DNA from: Elusimicrobia bacterium GWB2_63_22
GTDB lineage: Bacteria; Elusimicrobiota; Elusimicrobia; Elusimicrobiales; UBA9959
Direction: 5' to 3'
Assembly (NCBI GenBank): GCA_001799735.1
Contig: MGUA01000020.1
Location: 7,572 to 71,571, forward strand
DNA: 64,000 nucleotides
Both the position numbers and the translations under genes were made by a program. This document shows positions 24,633 through 33,709 of the stretch, piece by piece; the first letter of the stretch is position 1; each line of letters opens with the position of its first letter. The notes below the pieces were generated by a model that saw only the letters and a list, made by a program, of their open reading frames with translations, was not told where the DNA came from and did not search any database.

Positions 24633-25937
24633 TTACAGCAGTTCCGCCACCAGGGCCGCCAGCTGGCTGCGCTCGGTCTTGGTGAACGTCAGGTGGCCGT
24701 ACAGCTTCTGGCCGCGCATGCGGTCCACAATGTAGGTCAGGCCGTTGGAGGCGATGTCCAGGTAGGGGTTGTCTATCTGGTACGGGTCGCCGGTGACGAC
24801 GACCTTGGTGCCCTCGCCCGCGCGGGACAGGATGGTCTTGATCTCGTGCGGCGTCAGGTTCTGGGCGTCGTCGACGATCATGTACTGCTTGGGCAGAGAG
24901 CGGCCGCGGATATGCGTCACAGAGGCGATCTCGATCTTCTCGTTCTGCAGCAGGTATTCGAATTTTTCCACGGCGCTTTCCTGGTGGCGCTTGTCCATCA
25001 CGAACTCGAGGTTGTCGTAGATGGCGCCCATCCAGGTGGAGAGCTTCTCCTCCTTGGTGCCGGGGATGAAGCCGATGTCCTTGCCGACGGGGACGATGGG
25101 GCGGCAGATGATGAGCTTGCGGTAGACGTTCTCCTCCACGGCCTTCTGCAGGCCGCAGACCAGCGTCATCAGGGTCTTGCCGGTGCCGGCGGCGCCGAGC
25201 AGCGTGACCAGCTTGACGGAGTCGTCGAGCAGCAGCTCCATGGCGCAGCGCTGCTCCTTGTTGAGCGGGCGGATGCCCCACGGCGAGGGTTCGGCCCCGA
25301 GCGCGCGGATCTTGGAGACGTCGTTCGGGTCCACGCGGCCGAGCGCGGACTTCTTGGGGTCCTCTTTGGAATGGATCACCACGAACTCGTTGGGGGAAAG
25401 CTCCTCTTTCTCGGGGCTCTTCAGCTCGTGGTCCTTGTAGAACTTGTCGACGGAGGCGGAAGGCACGTCGAGCGACACCAGGCCGGGGTACAGCTCGTCC
25501 ACGTTCACCTTACCGGCCTCGTAATCCTCGGTGGTCAGGCCCACGGCCTCGGCCTTGAGGCGCAGGTTGATGTCCTTGGTCACCAGGATGGCGCTGTGCT
25601 TTTTCTGCTCGTACCAGTAGGCGGTATTGAGGATGCGGTTATCCATCTCGAGCAGCTTGAATTCTTTGGGCAGCACCTGCACGTGGTCCAGGTCCACGAT
25701 CAGCGTGCCGCCAGCCTCGGTCTTCACGCCGGCGTTCAGCTTGCCCTTGATGCGGAACTCGTCGAGCTTGCGCGACACGATGCGCGCGCTCTTGCCGCGC
25801 TCGTCGGCGGTATGTTTAAAATTGTCCAGCTCCTCTATGACGGAGATCGGGATCACTACGGTGTTCTCTTCGAATTTGGTGAAGGAAAGCGGGTCGTGGA
25901 TGAGTACGTTAGTGTCGAGTATGTAGACTTTTTTCAT
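24633..25937 (-). CDS. PhoH-like ATPase with N-terminal PIN domain (YlaK-type)
   Basis: The ORF-track entry 24633..27788 is over-extended. The real start is MKKVYILDTNVLIHDP (434 aa, ATG 25937), preceded by GGAGGAAG. PIN-type N-terminus; Walker A LLGAAGTGKT; PhoH motifs IVDDAQNLTPHE and VVVTGDPYQID. Confidence 0.9.
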   Translation of the reverse strand: MKKVYILDTNVLIHDPLSFTKFEENTVVIPISVIEELDNFKHTADERGKSARIVSRKLDEFRIKGKLNAGVKTEAGGTLIVDLDHVQVLPKEFKLLEMDNRILNTAYWYEQKKHSAILVTKDINLRLKAEAVGLTTEDYEAGKVNVDELYPGLVSLDVPSASVDKFYKDHELKSPEKEELSPNEFVVIHSKEDPKKSALGRVDPNDVSKIRALGAEPSPWGIRPLNKEQRCAMELLLDDSVKLVTLLGAAGTGKTLMTLVCGLQKAVEENVYRKLIICRPIVPVGKDIGFIPGTKEEKLSTWMGAIYDNLEFVMDKRHQESAVEKFEYLLQNEKIEIASVTHIRGRSLPKQYMIVDDAQNLTPHEIKTILSRAGEGTKVVVTGDPYQIDNPYLDIASNGLTYIVDRMRGQKLYGHLTFTKTERSQLAALVAELL

Positions 25938-26102
25938 TCTTCCTCCGTTGATCGGCTTGGGGGTTTTTGCGCGCCCGGGATGCAACCGTTGGGCGCCCTG
26001 ACCCGTAGTATTTATGTCAGCGATATCAAACTCCGCTAATTCTAGCATAAAATACGGGAAAGACCGATTTATGCCGCGCGGCAAAAATAGTAAGATATCT
26101 AT

Positions 26103-26137
26103 ATTGACACCCTTGCCGGAGATTGACACCTGCCGGA
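26103..26137 (+). promoter_or_regulatory. Tandem direct repeat ATTGACACC(C)TTGCCGGA / ATTGACACC-TGCCGGA upstream of bamA
   Basis: Two near-identical 16-18-nt units at 26103..26120 and 26122..26137, each containing TTGACA, ~30 nt upstream of the bamA ATG. No convincing -10 at 17-nt spacing from either unit, so their role (promoter or regulator site) is open. Confidence 0.3.
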
Positions 26138-26165
26138 AGGGCGCTCCGCCCGATTTTTTAAGGAT

Positions 26166-28637
26166 ATGATGAAAAAACTCCAGCTTCTGCTTCTTTTGAC
26201 CCTTCTCCCCGCCCTGCCCCTTTCGGCCCAGACGCCAGACCAGCCGCAGCAGCAGGCGCCCGCGGCGCAGCCGGCCAGCCCTGGCATCCCGCCCGCCGCC
26301 CTGCCCGGCATGCAGGACCCGACGGCCGCCGAACCCGCCCCCCTCCCCCCTCCGGAGACCGCGGCCGCGCCGGCGGAGCACGCCGACGGCCCCTGGGAAG
26401 TGGCCGAAACGGCCGTAAAGGGCAGCGTTAATATAAAGGCCAAGGCCATACTGAAGACCGGCAAGGCCAGGAAAAAGCGCCTCTACCAGCGGTCGTTCGT
26501 CGGCCAGGACATAGAAGCCATCCTCGGCCTGGGCAGCATAGACCGGATCTCCGTGGAGATAGACGACCTGCCCGGCCTCCCCGTTTCGCCCAAACTGGCG
26601 GCGGTCGGCGTCTCCTCCACGCCCGTGAGGATAACCTACATCATCTCCGAGAAACCCATGGTCAAGACGGTCACCGTGACCGGGGCCAAGGGCATGTCCA
26701 AGGGCGCCGTCAAGGACGAGATGACCCTGAAAGAAAAAGATTTCTTCGACGAGTTGAAGGTACGCGAAGACCTGATAAAGATCACGGACAAATACCGCGA
26801 GAAAGGTTTCATAGACGCCAGGGCCGACTACGAGGTGAAGTTCGACACGGCGGCCAATCTCTGTTTTCTGACCATCGCGCTCACCGAGGGCAAGAAAGCC
26901 CGGGTGGCGGCGGTGGAGCTGGAAGGCGCCGCCGGCTTCAAGCTTAAGAAGCTGGTGAAGAAATTCAAGAACAGGCCCAAGAAGATCTACACCCCGCAGG
27001 ACCTGGACGCCGACTACAAGGCGCTGGAGGCTTTCTACAAGAACAACGGCTACGCCGACTTCAAGATCACGGACTCCACCGTCTCTTTTAACGCGGACCG
27101 CTCCAGCGTCACCATACACGTTACGCTGACCGAGGGCAACAAGCAGAAGTTCGGCGCCACCTACTTCGCCGGCAATACCGTCTACCTGCCCAGCGAGCTG
27201 GAGCCGCGGCTGGAGTACCGCCGGGGCAAGCTGTTCAACCAGGACCGCTTCGACGACACCCTGCGCGGCATCCAGGACAAGTACGCCGACAAAGGCTACC
27301 TCCGCGCGGGCATCCAGCCGGAGCGGGTCTACAACGAGAAGACCGGCGAGACCGACGTCACCTTCACCATCACCGAGAACAACCAGATCTTCGTGGACCA
27401 CGTGGACGTGGAGGGCAACAAGGCCACCAAGACCTACGTGCTCAAGCGCGAAATAACCCAGAAGGAAGGCGAGGTCTTCAGCTCCTCCAAGATCCGCCGC
27501 AGCCAGGAGAAGATCTTCAACCTGGGTTTCATCGACGACGTCAGCCCCGTGATCAACCCCACGGCCGACCCGGACAAAGTGGACCTGGTCTTCGACGTGG
27601 CCGAAGGCAAGCCCGGCATGCTGACCGCCGGCGCCGGCATCTCCTCCACCGACGGCCTGGTGGGCACGCTGTCGCTGTCGCACCTCAACCTTTTCGGCCG
27701 CGCCTACAAGACCTCGCTCTCCTGGAACTTCGGCAAGAAGGTGCAGGACTACTACCTGAGCTGGTCCACCCCGTGGATAGGCAGCCACCCGACCTCCTTA
27801 GGCCTCGACATCTTCAACACGCGCCATTACAAGCCCTACCGCGACACCGTCTCGGCCTACACCGAGCGCCGCACCGGCGGCAAGATCTCGCTGGGGCCGC
27901 GCTTCCAGGACGACAAGTACCACCTGACCACCTCCTACACCTACGAGCAGGTGCGCATCTACGAGGTGGACGATATTTACGCGGGCGAGCTGCAGGACGG
28001 CACCAGCGTCACCTCCTCCGTTTACGTGGAGTTCGCCCGGGACACCCGCGACAGCACCTACGACCCCACCCGCGGCTGCCGCACCTCGCTGGGCCTGGAA
28101 TACGCCGGCGGCGCGCTGCAGGGCGACGTGAACTACTACAAGCCCACCTTCTCCCACAGCTACAACCTCAAGCTGTTCTCCATCGACGAGTACCCCTTCG
28201 TCCTCTCGATCGCCAACCGCCTCGGCTTCGTGGGCCGCTTCGGCAGCACCAAGTCGGTGCCCGTCTACGAGCGCTACTTCCTGGGCGGCGCGGAGACCGT
28301 GCGCGGCTACTCCAATAACGGCCAGATCGGCCCGCTCAACGGCGGCAAGGTCTACGACGTCATGAATATCGAGTTCAAGTTCCCGCTGGCCCGCGAGCGC
28401 CGGCGCACCATAGTGCAGTGGGCCTTCTTCTTCGACATCGGCAACTCGTGGGACGGCTTCGACGACGTTTCCGGGCGCATCGGCACCGGGACCTCCAACC
28501 TGAAGGCCGGCGCCGGCTTCGGCATCCGCTTCACCACCCCCGCTTTCCCGATACGGCTGGACTGGGGCTACGGCTTCAACCACAAGCCCGGGGAACAGCG
28601 CTCGGATATTTACTTCACGCTGGGCAACCTGTTCTAA
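26166..28637 (+). CDS. bamA: Outer membrane protein assembly factor BamA (Omp85 family)
   Basis: 823 aa. Signal peptide, Pro/Ala/Gln-rich linker, POTRA-like repeats (...GF.DA.V....), and a C-terminal beta-barrel with RGY and the terminal aromatic ...YFTLGNLF. Confidence 0.9.
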   Translation: MMKKLQLLLLLTLLPALPLSAQTPDQPQQQAPAAQPASPGIPPAALPGMQDPTAAEPAPLPPPETAAAPAEHADGPWEVAETAVKGSVNIKAKAILKTGKARKKRLYQRSFVGQDIEAILGLGSIDRISVEIDDLPGLPVSPKLAAVGVSSTPVRITYIISEKPMVKTVTVTGAKGMSKGAVKDEMTLKEKDFFDELKVREDLIKITDKYREKGFIDARADYEVKFDTAANLCFLTIALTEGKKARVAAVELEGAAGFKLKKLVKKFKNRPKKIYTPQDLDADYKALEAFYKNNGYADFKITDSTVSFNADRSSVTIHVTLTEGNKQKFGATYFAGNTVYLPSELEPRLEYRRGKLFNQDRFDDTLRGIQDKYADKGYLRAGIQPERVYNEKTGETDVTFTITENNQIFVDHVDVEGNKATKTYVLKREITQKEGEVFSSSKIRRSQEKIFNLGFIDDVSPVINPTADPDKVDLVFDVAEGKPGMLTAGAGISSTDGLVGTLSLSHLNLFGRAYKTSLSWNFGKKVQDYYLSWSTPWIGSHPTSLGLDIFNTRHYKPYRDTVSAYTERRTGGKISLGPRFQDDKYHLTTSYTYEQVRIYEVDDIYAGELQDGTSVTSSVYVEFARDTRDSTYDPTRGCRTSLGLEYAGGALQGDVNYYKPTFSHSYNLKLFSIDEYPFVLSIANRLGFVGRFGSTKSVPVYERYFLGGAETVRGYSNNGQIGPLNGGKVYDVMNIEFKFPLARERRRTIVQWAFFFDIGNSWDGFDDVSGRIGTGTSNLKAGAGFGIRFTTPAFPIRLDWGYGFNHKPGEQRSDIYFTLGNLF

Positions 28638-28657
28638 CATAGCTACGGAAGGAAAAA

Positions 28658-29470
28658 ATGAAAAAACTTATTTTCCTGTTGCTGGCGCTGGCGCCCCTTA
28701 ACGCGGGAGCCCTGGAGCTCCTGCTCGAGGAGAACCGCGGCGAGTCCGGGACCATCGGCTACGTCGACATAGACCGGGTGTTCAAGGAATACTCCGGCAC
28801 CACCGGCGCGCGCGACGAGTTCATCGCGGAGATAAAAAAGCGAGAGGACGCCCTGAACGCCAAGAAGATGACGGTGTTCACCCTCAAGGCCGAGATCGCC
28901 AAGCTGCGCCAGGAGCGGGAATTCGCCATAACCCTCCCGTCGCTGCTGGAGACCCGGCGCAGCGTGGAGGAGGCCGCCGCCGCGGTGGCGGCTTCTACCC
29001 AGGCTGCTCCCCAGCAGGTCTCCACCCAGCCCGCCGCGGGAGTGCAGGCTTCCACCCAGACCGCCGTTTCTACCGCCGCCCCGGCCGCGCTGCCGGCCGG
29101 CCTGGCCGCCCTCCCCGGGATGGACGGCATCGACATGCCCGGCGTGGCCAAGGTGCCCGTCGCCCATTTTAAATTCTCCGTCTCCACCTCCGTGCCGGAG
29201 ATAGACCTGGCCCTGCAAAAAAAAGAGACGGAACTAAAGAACAGGGAGGAGGACCTGCGCCTCTCCCAGCGGTTGGCGGAAAAAGAACTGCTGGACTACG
29301 AGAGCCGCAAAGGCGAGCTCCTGCTCGGCCGCATCTACGTCGCGCTCAAGGAACTGGCCATCAAGGAAGAGGTCAGCGTGATCGTAGACAAGCGCAGCAT
29401 CCTTTTCGGTCAGAACGCCGTGGACCTCACCGGCAAGCTGCTTAAGAAGCTGGAGGAGACCGGCCTATGA
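28658..29470 (+). CDS. skp: OmpH/Skp-like periplasmic chaperone with low-complexity insertion
   Basis: 270 aa. Signal peptide, coiled-coil segments typical of Skp (VDIDRVFKEY..., RIYVALKELAIKEEVSVIVDK), and the canonical position between bamA and lpxD. A ~70-aa Ala/Thr/Gln/Pro-rich insert sits mid-protein. Confidence 0.7.
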   Translation: MKKLIFLLLALAPLNAGALELLLEENRGESGTIGYVDIDRVFKEYSGTTGARDEFIAEIKKREDALNAKKMTVFTLKAEIAKLRQEREFAITLPSLLETRRSVEEAAAAVAASTQAAPQQVSTQPAAGVQASTQTAVSTAAPAALPAGLAALPGMDGIDMPGVAKVPVAHFKFSVSTSVPEIDLALQKKETELKNREEDLRLSQRLAEKELLDYESRKGELLLGRIYVALKELAIKEEVSVIVDKRSILFGQNAVDLTGKLLKKLEETGL

Positions 29471-30495
29471 ACCTGACCGCCGCCGACATAGCCAAGCTCG
29501 CCGAAGGCGACCTGCAGGGCGACGGCGCCACCCCGCTATTTGCCGCCGCCCCGTTGGAGAAAGCCGGCCCGGCGGACCTCACCTTTCTGGCCGACGCGGC
29601 CCTGGCGGCCGCCGCCGCCTCTTCGCGCGCCGGTTGCCTGCTGGCGCCCCGCGGCTGCGAGGCGGTCCTGAAGGTTTTCCCCGGCGTTGTGGTGTACACC
29701 AAGAACCCGAAGTATGCCTTTATGCTGGCCCTGCGCCTGATAGAGAAGGAAATGCGCCCGCTGCCCGCGCCCGGCATACACCCTTCAGCCGTAATTTCCC
29801 AGTCGGCCAAGCTCGGCGCCGACGTCCACGTGGGTCCCTGCGCCGTAATAGAGGACGGGGCCGCCATAGGTACCGGCGCCGTCATCGGCGCGCAGTGCTA
29901 TGTGGGCCGCAATGCCAGGGTGGGCGCGCGCTCGCGGCTTTACCCCGGCGTGAAGATCATGGACGCCTGTGAAGTGGGCATAGAGGTTATAGTCCACGCC
30001 GGCGCCGTGATAGGCTCGGACGGCTACGGCTACACCTCGCCCCGCGGCGTGCACGAAAAAATTCCCCAGTTGGGCAAGGTTGTTGTAGAGGATAAGGTGG
30101 AGATCGGGGCCAATACGGCCATCGACCGCGCGGCCCTCGAGACCACACTGATCGGCGCGGGCACCAAGATAGACAATTTGGTCCACATCGCCCACAATGT
30201 GCAGATCGGCAAGAATTGCCTTATCATCGCGCAGTGCGGCATAGCCGGCTCAACCGTGCTAGGCAGCGGCGTCATCATCGCCGGCCAGGCGGCGGTCTCC
30301 GACCACCTGACCATCGGCGACAATACCGTGGTGATGGGCAAGACCGGCGTGATAGCCGACCTGGGCCCCAACCAGATAGTGTTCGGCCACGTCGCCCGCC
30401 CGCGCCTGCAGGCCATGAAAATAGAAGCTTTGCTGGGCCGCCTCCCCGAAATGCACCGGACGATCAACAAGATCAGGAAGCAGCTCGGTATTTGA
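29467..30495 (+). CDS. lpxD: UDP-3-O-acylglucosamine N-acyltransferase
   Basis: 342 aa. LpxD-type N-terminal domain, long hexapeptide-repeat LbH (IHPSAVI..., GSDGYGY, KIPQLG.V.....VEIGANT.IDR, KIDNLVHIAHN). ATGA overlap with skp. Confidence 0.9.
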   Translation: MNLTAADIAKLAEGDLQGDGATPLFAAAPLEKAGPADLTFLADAALAAAAASSRAGCLLAPRGCEAVLKVFPGVVVYTKNPKYAFMLALRLIEKEMRPLPAPGIHPSAVISQSAKLGADVHVGPCAVIEDGAAIGTGAVIGAQCYVGRNARVGARSRLYPGVKIMDACEVGIEVIVHAGAVIGSDGYGYTSPRGVHEKIPQLGKVVVEDKVEIGANTAIDRAALETTLIGAGTKIDNLVHIAHNVQIGKNCLIIAQCGIAGSTVLGSGVIIAGQAAVSDHLTIGDNTVVMGKTGVIADLGPNQIVFGHVARPRLQAMKIEALLGRLPEMHRTINKIRKQLGI

Positions 30496-30504
30496 AAGGG
30501 TTCT

Positions 30505-30697
30505 GGCCGCGGTGTGCCGGCCGTGAGCTCATAAGCGTGCGCTGGGGAAGAGGGCCTGCGGTCCTCCGCCGGCCTCGAACTCGCTCGGCACACAGTGCCT
30601 CGCTCAAACAATCTCGGCCGCAGCCTTAATGATAGGCTGTCCGCTGCGGACCTTGGCCCTGCGCACTAAAATCGCTCACGGCCGGCACACCGCGGCC
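30505..30697. repeat. Palindromic structured intergenic element, copy A (between lpxD and lpxC)
   Basis: Perfect 24-bp terminal inverted repeat: ggccgcggtgtgccggccgtgagc (30505..30528) pairs with gctcacggccggcacaccgcggcc (30674..30697). It encloses a ~145-nt core that is ~95% identical to 41632..41784. Internal hairpins include ggcac-aca-gtgcc and ccgcagc...gctgcgg. Confidence 0.75.
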
Positions 30698-30714
30698 CGA
30701 CAGCACGAATTTCG

Positions 30715-31551
30715 ATGAGAACCACCATAAAAACACCAGCGACGATAGAGGGCATCGGCCTGCATAAGGGGAAGCCTTCGAAGGTTACTTTTCTGCCTGC
30801 CGAAGGGGCTACCGGGTACCGCTTTATCAGTTCCGTTTTCAGCGAACCGCTGCCGGCACGACTGGACCGGGTGGCGGGGACGGTGCGCGGGACTAATATT
30901 ACCGACGGCAAGAATACTATTTACACCGTAGAGCATTTACTGTCCGCCGCCGCCGGGCTGGGGATAGACGACCTCGATATAGAGATAACCGGGGAGGAGC
31001 CGCCGGCCGCCGACGGCTCGGCGCTGGCTTTCGCCACTGCACTGCACAAGGCCGGGCTGAAGGAAAAACCGGATCAGGAGCGCAAAACGCTCACCCTCTC
31101 AGGTCAGTTGGAGATGGTCAAGGGCGACATCCGGTTCGTCGCTCGACCGAACCACCTCGGCGTCACATTTAAACTCACCTACGACTACCCGCACAAACTG
31201 GTAGGCAAACAGGTTATAGAATTCACCCTCACTCCGGAAGAATACCTGGTCCGCGTGGCCCCGGCCCGCACTTTCGGCTTCTCCCATGAGCTGGAGGCCC
31301 TGAAGAAGGCCGGCCTCGCCCTCGGCGGTTCGCTGGACAACGCCGTGGTGATAGCCGAGAATGAAATAACGGCCAAGGGCGGCCTGCGCTTCGCCGAGGA
31401 ATTCGCCCGGCACAAGCTGCTGGACCTCATAGGCGACCTGGCGCTGACCGGCCTGCCGCTAAAGGATATCTATATTGAAGCCGAGCGCCCCGGGCACGCC
31501 GCCAATGTCAATTTTGCTAAACTATTATTGGAAAAGGCCCAAACAGTATGA
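30715..31551 (+). CDS. lpxC: UDP-3-O-acyl-N-acetylglucosamine deacetylase
   Basis: 278 aa with TI...GIGLH.GK...V.F.PA, TVEHLLSA, ARTFGF and EFARHK.LD.IGDL (Zn-ligand and HK motifs of LpxC). Confidence 0.9.
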   Translation: MRTTIKTPATIEGIGLHKGKPSKVTFLPAEGATGYRFISSVFSEPLPARLDRVAGTVRGTNITDGKNTIYTVEHLLSAAAGLGIDDLDIEITGEEPPAADGSALAFATALHKAGLKEKPDQERKTLTLSGQLEMVKGDIRFVARPNHLGVTFKLTYDYPHKLVGKQVIEFTLTPEEYLVRVAPARTFGFSHELEALKKAGLALGGSLDNAVVIAENEITAKGGLRFAEEFARHKLLDLIGDLALTGLPLKDIYIEAERPGHAANVNFAKLLLEKAQTV

Positions 31552-32009
31552 CCGAAACCAAGCCCCGCCATTATAAGCCCGTCCGCGTCATCTCCTGCGA
31601 GGAGATCCTCAAGATCATCCCCCACCGCTACCCCTTCATGATGGTGGACCGCGTGGAAGTGGTGGAGGAAGGCCGGTACTGCGTCGGCGTAAAGTGCGTC
31701 AGCGCCAACGAACTCTATTTCCACGGCCATTTCCCGGAAAAGCCCATCATGCCGGGCGTCCTGATGCTGGAAGGCATGGCCCAGACCGCGGCCGCCATGA
31801 TGATGGACCTCCCCGAGACCAAAGGCCGCCTCGGCTTCTTTGCCGGCATCAGCCGCGCCAAGTTCCGCCGCCAGGTAGTGCCCGGCGACGTGCTGAAGAT
31901 GCACGTGGAGATCCTGCGCATGAAAAGCCACCTCGGCAAGGTCAGAGCCGAGGCCTGGGTGGGCGACGAATCCGCCGCCGAAGCCGAACTGACCTTCGCG
32001 ATAGGCTAA
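31548..32009 (+). CDS. fabZ: 3-hydroxyacyl-ACP dehydratase FabZ
   Basis: 153 aa with ILKIIPHRYPFMMVDRV, HFPEKPIMPGVL..E.MAQ. Canonical FabZ hot-dog motifs. ATGA overlap with lpxC. Confidence 0.9.
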   Translation: MTETKPRHYKPVRVISCEEILKIIPHRYPFMMVDRVEVVEEGRYCVGVKCVSANELYFHGHFPEKPIMPGVLMLEGMAQTAAAMMMDLPETKGRLGFFAGISRAKFRRQVVPGDVLKMHVEILRMKSHLGKVRAEAWVGDESAAEAELTFAIG

Positions 32010-32037
32010 AATTTCAGACACCTTTCTGGAGGAGACA

Positions 32038-32838
32038 ATGCCCACCAAGATACACCCCACCGCGGTAATAGACCCCAAGGCGCAGATAGACGAGGGCGTG
32101 GAGATAGGCCCGTTCACCGTAGTCGGCGAGGACGTACAGATAGGCGCCGGCACCAAGATCGGCCCGCACTGCATCTTCGAGTTCTGCACCGTGGGCAAGA
32201 ACAACCTGTTCACCGGCGCCGCCTACGTGGGCATGCCGCCCCAGGACTGGTCCTACCACGGCGAACACACCCGCTTTACCATGGGCGACAGCAACGTCAT
32301 CCGCGAGAACGTGACGCTGCACCGCGGCTCTCACGCCACCAATCTCACCTCCATGGGCAGCAACTGCATGCTGATGGCCAACTCCCACCTCGGCCACGAC
32401 TGCCGCGTGGGCAACAACGTCATACTCGTGAACTCCTCCGCCCCGGCCGGCCACGTGCACATCGGCGACAGGGCCACCATCTCAGGCCTCGTGGGCATCC
32501 ACCAGTTCACCCGCATAGGCGCGTACGCCATGGTTTCCGGCGGCGGCATGGTGAACCAGGACATCATCCCCTACGTGATAGCGCAGGGCGACCGCGCCCG
32601 CCCGGTGACGCTCAACGTGGTCGGCCTGCGCCGCAACGGCTTCACCCCGGAGCAGATAAAGTCCATAAAGCACGTTTTCAAGACGCTGTTCTTCCACGGC
32701 CTCATGCTGAAAGACGCCATCACAAAACTCCGTGCGGAGAATCTGCCGCCGCAGGCCACGCTGATACTGGACTTTATAGAGGGGTCCAAGCGCGGCATAG
32801 CCCGGCCGCGCCGCAACGCCGTATCGCTCGAAGACTGA
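32038..32838 (+). CDS. lpxA: Acyl-ACP:UDP-GlcNAc O-acyltransferase
   Basis: 266 aa with IHPTAVIDP.A.I, hexapeptide repeats, NSHLGHDC.VGN, NVVGLRR.GF, and a C-terminal helical domain. Confidence 0.9.
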   Translation: MPTKIHPTAVIDPKAQIDEGVEIGPFTVVGEDVQIGAGTKIGPHCIFEFCTVGKNNLFTGAAYVGMPPQDWSYHGEHTRFTMGDSNVIRENVTLHRGSHATNLTSMGSNCMLMANSHLGHDCRVGNNVILVNSSAPAGHVHIGDRATISGLVGIHQFTRIGAYAMVSGGGMVNQDIIPYVIAQGDRARPVTLNVVGLRRNGFTPEQIKSIKHVFKTLFFHGLMLKDAITKLRAENLPPQATLILDFIEGSKRGIARPRRNAVSLED

Positions 32839-32866
32839 CAGGAAGCGGCAAGGGCCGCGCTAAAAA

Positions 32867-33709
32867 ATGAGCAATGAAAAAATAGGCCTGATAGCCGGCG
32901 GCGGGAGCTTCCCGCTGTTGTTCGCGGCCGAGGCAAAGAAAGCCGGCCTCGACGTCTTTGTCGTCGGCCTTAACGATATTTCGCCCAAAGAGATAGAGCA
33001 GTACGCGGCAGAGACCCGCTGGTTCCGCCTCGGCAACGTGGGCGGCCCGATAGATTTTCTCAGGAACAGCGGCGTAAAAAAAGCGCTGATGATCGGCCAA
33101 ATCCCGCACGTTAACATCTTCGGCGGCATAGTACCCGACCTGCGCGCGGCCAAACTCCTTTTTAAACTGCGGGACAAAAAAGCCAAGGCCATCTTCTCGG
33201 CCGTGGCGGAAGAGCTGGCCTCCGACGGCATAGAGATAGTGAGTTCCGCCACCCTGCTCGGCCACCTGCTGGTGAAACCCGGGCTGCTGGCCGGCAAAAA
33301 GCCCGACGCCGGCACATTGAAAACCGCCGCCTACGGCTGGCGCGCGGCCAAAGCCATCGCCGCCCTGGACATCGGCCTTACCGTGGTGCTGCGCGACCAG
33401 ACCGTTATCGCCGTCGAGGGCATGGAAGGCACCGACGAATGCATCCGCCGCGCCGGGCAGCTTACCAAAGGCAGGGGCGGCTCTACCCTCACCGTAGTGA
33501 AAGTGGCCCGACCGGACCAGGACATGCGCTTTGACCTGCCGGTGGCCGGCGCCCGCACCCTGCACGTGATGAAGGAATCCGGCGCGTCCACTCTGGTGAT
33601 CGAAGCCGGCAAGACCCTGATCCTCGGCATGGATGAATTTCTCGCCGCCGCCAAAGAAACGGGCGTAACGGTGATCGGCGCGGACGACAGCACCTTCCCG
33701 GGAAAATGA
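32867..33709 (+). CDS. lpxI: UDP-2,3-diacylglucosamine pyrophosphatase LpxI (DUF1009 family)
   Basis: 280 aa with IGLIAGGGSFP, AVEGMEGTDECIRRAG, KV.RP.QDMRFDLP..G..T. These match my recollection of the LpxI family. Its position after lpxA is typical, and no LpxH is seen in the window. Confidence 0.7.
   Translation: MSNEKIGLIAGGGSFPLLFAAEAKKAGLDVFVVGLNDISPKEIEQYAAETRWFRLGNVGGPIDFLRNSGVKKALMIGQIPHVNIFGGIVPDLRAAKLLFKLRDKKAKAIFSAVAEELASDGIEIVSSATLLGHLLVKPGLLAGKKPDAGTLKTAAYGWRAAKAIAALDIGLTVVLRDQTVIAVEGMEGTDECIRRAGQLTKGRGGSTLTVVKVARPDQDMRFDLPVAGARTLHVMKESGASTLVIEAGKTLILGMDEFLAAAKETGVTVIGADDSTFPGK

Noticed and set aside
25938-27788. N-terminal 617 codons of the 1051-aa minus-strand ORF 24633..27788
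   Set aside because: This part is antisense to the well-supported bamA gene. Its translation is low-complexity (Gly/Ala/Arg/Val-rich), typical of high-GC shadow frames. A strong SD plus ATG at 25937 starts a complete PIN-PhoH protein.
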